Source: Carpediemonas membranifera BICM (taxonomy: Eukaryota > Protista > Fornicata). Taken from it: 64,000 nt of DNA. Within the stretch, counting starts at the first letter, position 1. Every line of letters begins with the position of its first letter. The stretch lies in NCBI GenBank assembly GCA_019828565.1, contig JAHDYR010000067.1:340244-404243 (forward strand), in the 5' to 3' direction. The position numbers and the translations under genes are program-made. The notes under the pieces were generated by a model. That model saw nothing but the letters and a program-made list of their open reading frames with translations. It had not been told where the DNA came from and ran no database searches. Of the stretch, positions 32,416 through 42,319 are shown piece by piece.

Positions 32416-34192
32416 GACGCTGCTCCTGTCGCCCCGACGCAGGCCCGAGTGGTCGCCCAGCCCCAGATTAAAAGCAGCAGCTATCGCCGTCCTATGGTAC
32501 TATTTACTGAGTAGAGAAGGGGATCTTGCTGGCGTCGAGGACGGGGTAGGCGGCAAGGCTGGCGACACCGTACTGGTTGCCGGCGTTGCGCTTGATGCGG
32601 ATGTACCCGGAATCGCGCCACTTATAGCTCCACGAGTTCTGCACAAGCCAGTACTCCTCGCCGGTGATGCCGTCAACGCCGGCGCCGACAAGGGTCACGG
32701 CGTGGTCGAGCTGGTCGTCAGTGCACTTCTTGCTGGTGCTCTGGACGCGGTCGTTGGAGCCCTGGAAACCCTCGAGTCCGGCGCAGACGACGATGGAGAT
32801 GGGGCCGACGGTTTCGAGCGCGTGAAGAAGGGCGTCCTCGTCGTACTGAGGGACAATCTTCACGCCAGTGATGAGGCCGGCGGGGTAGACCTGGTCGGAG
32901 GGAACCTGGTCGATGCGGCACACGTGGTCGACCTCGCGGTAGGGGTACGCGGTGTCGGTGGGGATGGCGACGTTCTGCAGCCACTGGAGGGCGGCGGGGG
33001 TGTTGCCACCCTCGCAGCCGCGGCCGACCTCACCCTCGCCGCGGGCGTCGCCGCCGGGGGCGCAGTCCATGATGGCCTGGCGGGAAGGGAGGAGCTGATC
33101 GGGGAAGTTGGCGCCCTTGATCTTGCGGATCTGGCCGAAGATCGACGTCGCCGCGGCCTGGGTCCAGCAGCTGCCGCACATGCCCTGGTCGAGGATGTTG
33201 GGGGCGAAGCGGGTGGTGCCAGCCGTGTAGTCGATGGTCTTGCCGTTCGAGAAGGCGGCGTAGTCCTCGGGGGCGTTGTGGTAGGTCGCGCCGGCGGCGA
33301 GCAGCTCCTCGTGAGTGAACTGCATGTGGTTGCCGTTGATCGTGCGGCGGGCGCTGTTGGAGTTGGAGCGGCAGGAGCCGGGGGTGCTGAAGGCATGGGA
33401 TTCGACGCCAGTGCGGGCGTTGGCGTAGATGAACGTGTAGGAGGTCGACGCGCCCTTGGTCTCGCCACCGAGGATGGCGCCGCTTGATGCATCGACGTAG
33501 ATGCTCATGCCGATCTCGGCGGGGGACTTGAAGGTGTAGCGGGCGGCGGGCTTGCTGAGGAACATGTCGTCACCGACGAACTCGAACTCGTCGAGGCGGA
33601 GGAAGGGCAGGATGAAGAAGAGGTGGGTGTTGAGGGCATCGTCAGCGGTGACCTCCTCGCAGTACTTGGCCTTCTCGGTGCCGTGAGCAAAGGCGTGGTA
33701 GTAGTTGCCGTCGCCGGCGGGAACATAGATGGTCTCGCCGTTGTTGTAGTCGGCGGCGAGCTCAATGGAGCCAGAGGCGGCGCGGATGTTGAACGCGACG
33801 TCCCTGTGGGTGGTGGGGTCGTCGGTCTTGATGATAGTCGCCGAAAGACGGCAGTTGTAGCTCGAACACGGGTTCTGAGGCGTCACGCAGACGACAGCGG
33901 CAATGAGGAGCGCTGCAACGAAAAGTTTCATTGTTCACGTGCGGAATGGCATGAGACGGCTGCTGATCACTCTCAATCCGTGGTTATGAGATATGAGAAT
34001 GAGACGATTCTCAGGTCGCAGAGAATCGGGCCCAGATCTGGTGACGATTCACAACAGGGCTCCGCGAGAGACACATGGACCTGTTCTGGGACCGCTGTCG
34101 CCCGTCGAGTCGCGATCAGATGATTGACGCGGGCCGACTCTGGACAGGCGTGGAAGCCGACTGGCCGGACGCATCGCATGATCGCGTTCTTG
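32416..34192. repeat. Left arm of a 1.78-kb inverted duplication (partner 34903-36680)
   Basis: Reverse-complement identity including UTR/promoter sequence; 710-bp unique spacer between the arms. Confidence 0.95.
32504..33931 (-). CDS. Papain-family (C1A) cysteine protease with an extra N-terminal domain, copy 1
   Basis: Signal peptide; DQGMCGSCW catalytic Cys, GCEGG, LDHAV His, VQNSW Asn. Confidence 0.92.
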   Translation of the reverse strand: MKLFVAALLIAAVVCVTPQNPCSSYNCRLSATIIKTDDPTTHRDVAFNIRAASGSIELAADYNNGETIYVPAGDGNYYHAFAHGTEKAKYCEEVTADDALNTHLFFILPFLRLDEFEFVGDDMFLSKPAARYTFKSPAEIGMSIYVDASSGAILGGETKGASTSYTFIYANARTGVESHAFSTPGSCRSNSNSARRTINGNHMQFTHEELLAAGATYHNAPEDYAAFSNGKTIDYTAGTTRFAPNILDQGMCGSCWTQAAATSIFGQIRKIKGANFPDQLLPSRQAIMDCAPGGDARGEGEVGRGCEGGNTPAALQWLQNVAIPTDTAYPYREVDHVCRIDQVPSDQVYPAGLITGVKIVPQYDEDALLHALETVGPISIVVCAGLEGFQGSNDRVQSTSKKCTDDQLDHAVTLVGAGVDGITGEEYWLVQNSWSYKWRDSGYIRIKRNAGNQYGVASLAAYPVLDASKIPFSTQ

Positions 34193-34285
34193 CGTATATG
34201 AGCGTCAGCATGGATTGGTTGACGTTGCCACTGCTTCCACGTCTCTTTGCAGAAATGCTGGTCCTCTCTTCAGTCAGCTCAACGT

Positions 34286-34652
34286 TTACAAAGTAAATTC
34301 CATCTTCTGGAGCTGGACGCCGTTGATCTTAGCGATGTCCTTCTCGAAATTGTTGACGGCATTGGCCTCGCCCGTCATCTGGCAGAGGATGAGGCCGTGG
34401 GGGGCGCAGTAGCGCTCGTCCGTGTGGTGGAGACCGAGACGAGTGCCGATGGCGCAGCCATGCTCTGTGAGTGCCTTTTGGACATCAACTGCGTGCTGCT
34501 GGCGGCCGAACACCTGCAGGCCTGTGTGAAAACGACGAAGACCAGACAAAATTCACGGGGGGAATGGCTGGGGACATGCACAAACCATAAATGACGTTCT
34601 TCACAGAACCAGAAGAGTCAGTAACGAAGTTTCGGGCGAAAACGCTCAGCAT
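34286..34652 (-). CDS. Small ACT-like protein related to the bacterial iron-only hydrogenase system regulator (TM1266-like), with hydrogenosome/MRO presequence; intron at 34522-34585
   Basis: Splicing a 64-nt GTTTGT..TTCACACAG intron gives 100 aa: MLSVFARNF-VTDSSGSVKNVIYGLQVFGRQQHAVDVQKALTEHGCAIGTRLGLHHTDERYCAPHGLILCQMTGEANAVNNFEKDIAKINGVQLQKMEFTL. Confidence 0.72.
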
Positions 34653-34902
34653 ATTTGTTATGGATTATCGTGTCAAAGATGCGCGGTCAAAATTTCGACT
34701 CTGCGTAAACTGCGGAGTATGTCAGGCCATAACTGACGCACAGTATGTTTCCACAGCATGCTCAAACATGATGGGCCATCCGGAAGTGCATACTACGGTC
34801 GTGACTCAAGTCCGACTGGCCGACAGACGAGGATGACTAAATGCAGTCAACGAATCACGGACTACTCCCGCCAGCCCCTACCGTACCTACAGTACCAACA
34901 CA

Positions 34903-36680
34903 CAAGAACGCGATCATGCGATGCGTCCGGCCAGTCGGCTTCCACGCCTGTCCAGAGTCGGCCCGCGTCAATCATCTGATCGCGACTCGACGGGCGACAG
35001 CGGTCCCAGAACAGGTCCATGTGTCTCTCGCGGAGCCCTGTTGTGAATCGTCACCAGATCTGGGCCCGATTCTCTGCGACCTGAGAATCGTCTCATTCTC
35101 ATATCTCATAACCACGGATTGAGAGTGATCAGCAGCCGTCTCATGCCATTCCGCACGTGAACAATGAAACTTTTCGTTGCAGCGCTCCTCATTGCCGCTG
35201 TCGTCTGCGTGACGCCTCAGAACCCGTGTTCGAGCTACAACTGCCGTCTTTCGGCGACTATCATCAAGACCGACGACCCCACCACCCACAGGGACGTCGC
35301 GTTCAACATCCGCGCCGCCTCTGGCTCCATTGAGCTCGCCGCCGACTACAACAACGGCGAGACCATCTATGTTCCCGCCGGCGACGGCAACTACTACCAC
35401 GCCTTTGCTCACGGCACCGAGAAGGCCAAGTACTGCGAGGAGGTCACCGCTGACGATGCCCTCAACACCCACCTCTTCTTCATCCTGCCCTTCCTCCGCC
35501 TCGACGAGTTCGAGTTCGTCGGTGACGACATGTTCCTCAGCAAGCCCGCCGCCCGCTACACCTTCAAGTCCCCCGCCGAGATCGGCATGAGCATCTACGT
35601 CGATGCATCAAGCGGCGCCATCCTCGGTGGCGAGACCAAGGGCGCGTCGACCTCCTACACGTTCATCTACGCCAACGCCCGCACTGGCGTCGAATCCCAT
35701 GCCTTCAGCACCCCCGGCTCCTGCCGCTCCAACTCCAACAGCGCCCGCCGCACGATCAACGGCAACCACATGCAGTTCACTCACGAGGAGCTGCTCGCCG
35801 CCGGCGCGACCTACCACAACGCCCCCCGAGGACTACGCCGCCTTCTCGAACGGCAAGACCATCGACTACACGGCTGGCACCACCCGCTTCGCCCCCAACA
35901 TCCTCGACCAGGGCATGTGCGGCAGCTGCTGGACCCAGGCCGCGGCGACGTCGATCTTCGGCCAGATCCGCAAGATCAAGGGCGCCAACTTCCCCGATCA
36001 GCTCCTCCCTTCCCGCCAGGCCATCATGGACTGCGCCCCCGGCGGCGACGCCCGCGGCGAGGGTGAGGTCGGCCGCGGCTGCGAGGGTGGCAACACCCCC
36101 GCCGCCCTCCAGTGGCTGCAGAACGTCGCCATCCCCACCGACACCGCGTACCCCTACCGCGAGGTCGACCACGTGTGCCGCATCGACCAGGTTCCCTCCG
36201 ACCAGGTCTACCCCGCCGGCCTCATCACTGGCGTGAAGATTGTCCCTCAGTACGACGAGGACGCCCTTCTTCACGCGCTCGAAACCGTCGGCCCCATCTC
36301 CATCGTCGTCTGCGCCGGACTCGAGGGTTTCCAGGGCTCCAACGACCGCGTCCAGAGCACCAGCAAGAAGTGCACTGACGACCAGCTCGACCACGCCGTG
36401 ACCCTTGTCGGCGCCGGCGTTGACGGCATCACCGGCGAGGAGTACTGGCTTGTGCAGAACTCGTGGAGCTATAAGTGGCGCGATTCCGGGTACATCCGCA
36501 TCAAGCGCAACGCCGGCAACCAGTACGGTGTCGCCAGCCTTGCCGCCTACCCCGTCCTCGACGCCAGCAAGATCCCCTTCTCTACTCAGTAAATAGTACC
36601 ATAGGACGGCGATAGCTGCTGCTTTTAATCTGGGGCTGGGCGACCACTCGGGCCTGCGTCGGGGCGACAGGAGCAGCGTC
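34903..36680. repeat. Right arm of the 1.78-kb inverted duplication
   Basis: Matches the reverse complement of 32416-34192, with one extra C at 35822-35827. Confidence 0.95.
35164..36592 (+). CDS. Papain-family cysteine protease, copy 2, with a +1 frameshift in a C run (assembly error or pseudogenisation)
   Basis: Same protein as copy 1 except C6 instead of C5 at 35822-35827, which splits it over two ORFs. Confidence 0.8.
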
Positions 36681-36824
36681 ACACCGCGCACACAGCAACG
36701 CCGCAGAAGGTTCTTCTCGTCCTGTTCCGGTAGGTTGCATCACCCCAAATAGCATAAGATAACATGGCCTGGTGACAGCGCCAAGCAGCCATTCCAATGC
36801 AAGAAAGCGGATATACAGTCATAG

Positions 36825-37421
36825 CTACTTCGCGACCCCGACCTTCTTCTTCCTCAGCCCCGGCGTCTTTGTGCCCTTGGCTGCTGCTTTCTTCTTCTTA
36901 CCAGCCTTCTTCTTCTTCGCGGCGACAGCTTTAGGCTCAATGTCTCCACTTGGCTCAACTGCGGCAGCAGCCGCCACCGGTGTCCTCAGAGCCTCGGGCT
37001 CGAGCTCGCCAGCAGTCATGGGCTCAGGTCGGACAGGCTGGGGCTGGGGCTCGGCGTCCTCGCCGTCGCTGGGGATACCAGCAGTGTTGTACTCGTAGTC
37101 GTAAGAGTGATTCTCCTCAAATTCTGGCTGCGGCTCGTCGAACTGCTCCTGTGGACCTAGTGGGTGCGGGGCCGGGGTGGAAAAGTGGACGGTGTTAGTT
37201 GCATTCTGGTAGCTTGTCGGTGGAACCTGATATTGTGCACGAATAGTCTCTTCGTGATGGAAGCTATGTGTTCCGAAGGCAATTGTGCGGTGCATGTCGT
37301 CGCGCTGACGAGAGCGGCCTTGGAAGGATTCAATAATGGTTTCTGATGGCAAACATGACTTTTTCCGCATGGCAAAGTACTCTTCAGCGCTCCAGGTCGA
37401 GCGTGGTAGGAAATAGCTCAT
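36825..37421 (-). CDS. Hypothetical protein with a Lys/Ala-rich tail
   Basis: 198-aa ATG ORF; acidic middle and KKKKA tail. Confidence 0.55.
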   Translation of the reverse strand: MSYFLPRSTWSAEEYFAMRKKSCLPSETIIESFQGRSRQRDDMHRTIAFGTHSFHHEETIRAQYQVPPTSYQNATNTVHFSTPAPHPLGPQEQFDEPQPEFEENHSYDYEYNTAGIPSDGEDAEPQPQPVRPEPMTAGELEPEALRTPVAAAAAVEPSGDIEPKAVAAKKKKAGKKKKAAAKGTKTPGLRKKKVGVAK

Positions 37422-37515
37422 CTTCTTGTCGCTTGGCAGTTTACGAAATTTCTGCGAATTTTAGGCAATTTTAGGGAAATCAGCCTTCCTTCTACGATGT
37501 CATAAGTGCATCAGG

Positions 37516-39600
37516 CTATCTCACGCCCCTACTCTTCTTCTTACCCTCCATAATTACTGCTACAACAGTGGGCGTGATCTCGTTGACCTGAATTCTAATA
37601 AACTCTCGAGTCGCAGAGTTGAACTTCAAATAAACTGCCACTGCACCTACCTCCAACTCAGGTGGTCCATTCCCGTCAATGATGTCCCACACACCTTTGC
37701 TCCTGGCATACAGCGACTTGTACGTCCACTTGGTCTTACTGGTGAGCACGAGCACAAACTGCGCCGTCCCACCGTACGCCCGGCCGTCAAAGGCCTCAAG
37801 CACGCCCGTCCTAACACCCTCACTTGACCCGCCGACGAGCTGCTCAATGGCTCTCCGCACAATGGTGAACTTTGGATTCATCCTCACACCCTCCTTCCTC
37901 GTTGCTGTACGGGGCCTCGCATCCGATACTCGAGTGTTAACCTCTACAGGCTCTGGGAGCTGGGGCATGGTAGTCTGCCGGACAGTGCGCCGGGGCGTGG
38001 ATGACTTGGGCAGTCGTTGACTCCGGGCTGACTCGAGGTACTGGGTCAGACGGGCTGCAGACCCCTCAACCTCGTCGTTGACCGTCGGGACTGTGACATC
38101 TGGGACGTCGGACGAGGGCAGGGTCTTGGCATACGCGTAGCTGGAGTTCGACTTCGACTTTGACTCTGACTCGACTTCACTCCTTGCCGGAGTCAGCGTC
38201 GCCTCTATACTTTCATCTACACTCTCGACAGCTTCAGTCTGGGTCTGCGAAGCTGCCAGGTCGGGCATCGTATCCATTCGGGCTAAAACTGCACTGCCGG
38301 AGGCAAGTGCACTTTTAGGCCTCGGCGTTGTGTGCATGTGGCTGCTCCCGGACAATTCCCTTGGCGAGGGGGTCGCCTCGAGTACACTGACGCATGTATC
38401 ACTCGATTCATTCCCATCAATGTGCTCTGAAGTCGTCGAGCAGTACTGAATATCGTCTTGTCCAGAAAAAAATACGGATAGATCAGATTTCACTGATTCA
38501 GCAGCTCCTTTGTCTATCTCGTGTGGGGCGAGGACTGCTGGACGGTCAAACATTGATGCCGGCAAGTCAGCAGCGACAGATGAGTTCTGCCCAGTCACCG
38601 CACCCCAGCCCTTGTCATTCTTCCCGCTCGCCGCAGCTATCCTCTTTGCCTCTGCCAGCTCCTGACTCAACTCTGCGACTCTAGCCTCGAGTCGCTCGAT
38701 TGCAAGGTCTCTGGCCTCCAGCTCCGTGTTGAGATACGACACCATGCCCCAGTCCGTCTGCCGTCCGGGCGAAGTGACTGGTCCATCATGATCTGGGCGA
38801 TGGGCTGGACTGGGTGAGTGTGGCTCCGGCTGTGGGTCTGTCCACTGTGGGCCACAGTCAGAGGTGACAGGCTCAGAGCATAACGAAATCTTCGGCAACT
38901 GTGGCATGAATTCCGGGCAATCATTGGCCTCTGCAGTCCCCTCAAGCACCTCCGTCGTCCCCTCCGTCGTCCAGTCCCCGAACTCCAGGGGACTCACAGC
39001 CGTCTCAGCCTGGGCAGGGGCATGGCTGGGGTCAACAACTTCCCCCTGGCCGAGCCCGTTGGGTGTGTATTCACCTGTCGGCCCGAGTGCTTCGGTCGGG
39101 CGGGTGTCATCCGGTGCCCCAGCGCTGGCGGGTCTACCGGGGCCGCCAGAGTGCGGCGTGGGGCCAAGACCAGGGATTGTGGCTTGTATGTGCTGCAGGT
39201 CCGCTGCTAGCCATGCGTTCGTCGCTTCTAGGGCTGCAAGACGGCTATTGAGTGCGGCCATGTTGGGCTCTGAGTTCAACGCTGGATGAAACGGGGAATA
39301 CGGCTGCTGGGCTGAACTAGTTGTTGCAGTATTGTCAATCGTGTTCTCAGGAGTAATTTTGGCGGCTACTGGGCTTCCAGCAGCCAGTAGTTCCTTAATT
39401 CGCTTCCTTCTCGCCTTATCCTCAAGGCTCGACGTCAGTTGCCGTTCTCTCATCAGTTTCTCGACAATTCCCTGTCGCTTGTACTCATCTACTGCCCGGT
39501 ATGCTCGACTCGGGCTCATTGGCCGGTGTATATTCGTGATGTGCCATAATCTGCCGATACCCGCCGGGTGCTGGCACACGGCCGAGCTCAAAGAGTCCAT
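37516..39600 (-). CDS. CKK domain (CAMSAP/Patronin-type microtubule minus-end binding) protein; start uncertain
   Basis: Coiled coils and low complexity, then C-terminal IVRRAI..QFVLVL..YKSLY..GNGPPEL..YLKFNSATREF..I..TVVAVI, resembling the CKK domain. Confidence 0.7.
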   Translation of the reverse strand: MDSLSSAVCQHPAGIGRLWHITNIHRPMSPSRAYRAVDEYKRQGIVEKLMRERQLTSSLEDKARRKRIKELLAAGSPVAAKITPENTIDNTATTSSAQQPYSPFHPALNSEPNMAALNSRLAALEATNAWLAADLQHIQATIPGLGPTPHSGGPGRPASAGAPDDTRPTEALGPTGEYTPNGLGQGEVVDPSHAPAQAETAVSPLEFGDWTTEGTTEVLEGTAEANDCPEFMPQLPKISLCSEPVTSDCGPQWTDPQPEPHSPSPAHRPDHDGPVTSPGRQTDWGMVSYLNTELEARDLAIERLEARVAELSQELAEAKRIAAASGKNDKGWGAVTGQNSSVAADLPASMFDRPAVLAPHEIDKGAAESVKSDLSVFFSGQDDIQYCSTTSEHIDGNESSDTCVSVLEATPSPRELSGSSHMHTTPRPKSALASGSAVLARMDTMPDLAASQTQTEAVESVDESIEATLTPARSEVESESKSKSNSSYAYAKTLPSSDVPDVTVPTVNDEVEGSAARLTQYLESARSQRLPKSSTPRRTVRQTTMPQLPEPVEVNTRVSDARPRTATRKEGVRMNPKFTIVRRAIEQLVGGSSEGVRTGVLEAFDGRAYGGTAQFVLVLTSKTKWTYKSLYARSKGVWDIIDGNGPPELEVGAVAVYLKFNSATREFIRIQVNEITPTVVAVIMEGKKKSRGVR

Positions 39601-39729
39601 CAGGCGCTAGGTAACGGCTTTATCTGACTTGGCCGGGGTTGAGAGGTCAATGCTCACCGCTATGAGATGGGGAGGGCTGGGAGAGTCAAAGATCTGGCGA
39701 GAAGCGCTTTAAATAATAATAAAATGAAC

Positions 39730-40089
39730 CTATTGCTTCTTTCTCTGCATCCCACTATCAGTGGGCCTCTCGGCGCCCGCTGGGGGAAGGCTGAAGTAGC
39801 CAATGAGGGCGATTGCAAGAATGAGCCCTTGGATGTAGATGAAGGAAAGCACTGGGAAGCTGATAGTGAATAGTCGATCACTAATTCTGCCAGAAGTTTG
39901 CAGATAACGCGCTACAAGGTAGATAAACAAAGGGCCAACGACGAGAGAAAGCATGGCTATGATTGTGAAGGCAGTGATACTCCCGCCTCCAAAAAGAAGT
40001 TGGAATACCGTCATAGACTCTTCATTACTACTATTCCCACTCTCAGCGACAGGATTCTCCTCCTGGTTCTCGGTCGGACGCTTTGCCAT
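39730..40089 (-). CDS. Small two-TM protein, possibly a VMA21-like V-ATPase assembly factor
   Basis: 119 aa, two hydrophobic helices, C-terminal dilysine-like RKKQ. Family call is tentative. Confidence 0.45.
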   Translation of the reverse strand: MAKRPTENQEENPVAESGNSSNEESMTVFQLLFGGGSITAFTIIAMLSLVVGPLFIYLVARYLQTSGRISDRLFTISFPVLSFIYIQGLILAIALIGYFSLPPAGAERPTDSGMQRKKQ

Positions 40090-40276
40090 TTGAATTGTCA
40101 GATTTGACCATGATGAAATCAAATTTGGGTGAATCAGCATAGCCTGTAGCGTAGCGTAGTCCGTCCTACCTGCGCTCCTATCCCATTCACTGCAAAAATT
40201 GCGCCATTTTTGATTGGATCAATGGCAGGTCACTCCCACGATAAGCTGCGCGCAGCTACGCACAATAAGGCCGTCG

Positions 40277-42192
40277 ATGTCGCAAGAGTCATATGAACAG
40301 ATCGTCAGTATCATGATGGACACGCTAACATAGTTTTTCAATGAGATAGGCCTTGCACAGTACATTCAACAGGAGCTCGAGCTCAAACACTCGACTGTTG
40401 ATCTCCCCGTGAAGCTCATCCGTCCTGGTGGCCCCAGGTTCGTTCATTCTACAACCTCTCACTCAGATTGACCAAAGAAGGCGCCAAACGCCACCGCCTC
40501 CGCTGCTCGCTCCACGGCTGTTCCTTTAGCGGCTACTACGACGACAACCGCAAGGACGGCTCCATCCTCCTTCGTGTGATCCACCCCCACGACCACACGA
40601 ACGTCACAGTCCCCGCAGCCCCCAAGCGTCGCCGTATGAGTCGGGCGGCACACATGGTGACCGTCGACCAGGTCCGTAAGAGCGGTACTGACGACTCTAT
40701 ACACGAGACACGCCTTCCCAGCGACCAGATGAGGGCCGACATTTACCACACGCCGACTAGCCGCACCTTTAGGCACATTGTGAGCAAATACGTCAAGGAG
40801 GAGCCAGTCGTGACCACCACGAAGCGCTACATCCCCAGACTCGCCGCTGTGGCCGACGACACGCTCACTGGCCAGAAGATCCGCATCCCCGTGCTCGCTA
40901 GCATCCTCCACTCGGCCGAGGACCCGACGCTCTCCTTCCTCTGCAAGCGCATGCTCGAGGCGAAGAACCTGCTCGACCAGAGCCAGTGGAACGTAGAGGG
41001 CCTCTTCATCGCCCACTGCGACGGCAAGCTCTGGCTCCGGGGCAACAACACCACGGGTCAGACCGGCAGCGGCAGCACTGCTGTCTGGCAGGTGGCGTTC
41101 AACCGTCTTAGAATCCCCAGGGTCGAAGAGATCGGCCACATCGTCGTTTCGGCCGGCTCCGTCTTCGTGCAGACCATGCGTGGTGTCTACGCCTGGGGCA
41201 ACAACGCCCACGGCAAGCTCGGCGTGACCTCGACTGACCCGACGATCTACACCCCGAGGAAGGTCGACCTGCCCTCGCGGTGCGACGTCACCGTGCTCTC
41301 ATCCCAGCACAGCACCCTCTTCTCCGCCCCGGGCAACGGCATCTTCATTGCCGGTCTGGCCGCCCCCATCCAGCACCGGGACGACGTGCCCGTCTCCTTC
41401 ATCCGCCCGACGTACATCCCCGGAACCGGCCTGGCGTTCAAGATGTGGACGGACAGCGAGAGCACCGCCATTTTCCAGACCCCGCAAGCACTCATGGCGT
41501 ACGGCCACATCGACGGCGGCCGGCTCGGCATCAGCCCCGACACGACCGAGACGCACACCATGGGCACCATCAGCGTGGTCTCGGCGCCCATCCCAGTCCC
41601 GGACGGCATGACCGTCGAGACGGTGGTGATGACGCCCGACAACGTCTTCATCCTCACCGACCAGTGCCGGTGCCTCGTCAGCGGCACCAACAAGCACGGC
41701 CAGCTCGGCCTCCAGCATACACGCCCCATCAACACGCCTGAGCTCCTCCCCTTCAACGTCGAGAGCGTCGTGTCGTCCGAGGAGGCGTCGATCTTCATGT
41801 CGAGCGGCAAGACCATGGTCGTCGGCGATAACACCTACCACCAGCTCCCCATCACTGAGCAGCACACGGTCGTTCCCACTGAGGTCCTCCTCCCCTCGGG
41901 CGCCCCGTTCAGAGTGTTCCTCGCCAAGCGCGCCATGTTTTTGCACCGTAACGACGGCCGCTGGGTTGTCCGCGGTGATAACGCCCGGGGTAGGCTGGGG
42001 ATCCACACCAACGACCTCGTCGCCACAGAGTGGTGCGAGATCTCGATGTTTGCGGTGCACGAGATCCTGGCTGACGGCGACGATCACGTGTTTGTCACCA
42101 ACGACGGTCTCTACCGCATCGAGGGCAACATCATGATGCCTGTGACTGAGTCGACGTCGTTCGACATGATTCCCGCGATCCTGCAGGTGTAG
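40277..42192 (+). CDS. RCC1 repeat protein; introns at 40304-40333 and 40438-40466
   Basis: Repeated GNN..GQ/KLG motifs (RGNNTTGQTG, WGNNAHGKLG, SGTNKHGQLG, RGDNARGRLG). Introns of 30 and 29 nt link the ATG at 40277 (MSQESYEQI/FFNEIG..GGPR/LTK) to the long ORF. Confidence 0.78.
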
Positions 42193-42319
42193 TGGTGATT
42201 TATGATGGTAAATGAGAATATGTAACACGTGGATCTTGAGAGATCGGAATATGAGGTCTGCTTCCCACAAACTCAAAAATAAATATGTTTAATCCTCTAG
42301 CGAATGTAAATCTCGTAAA

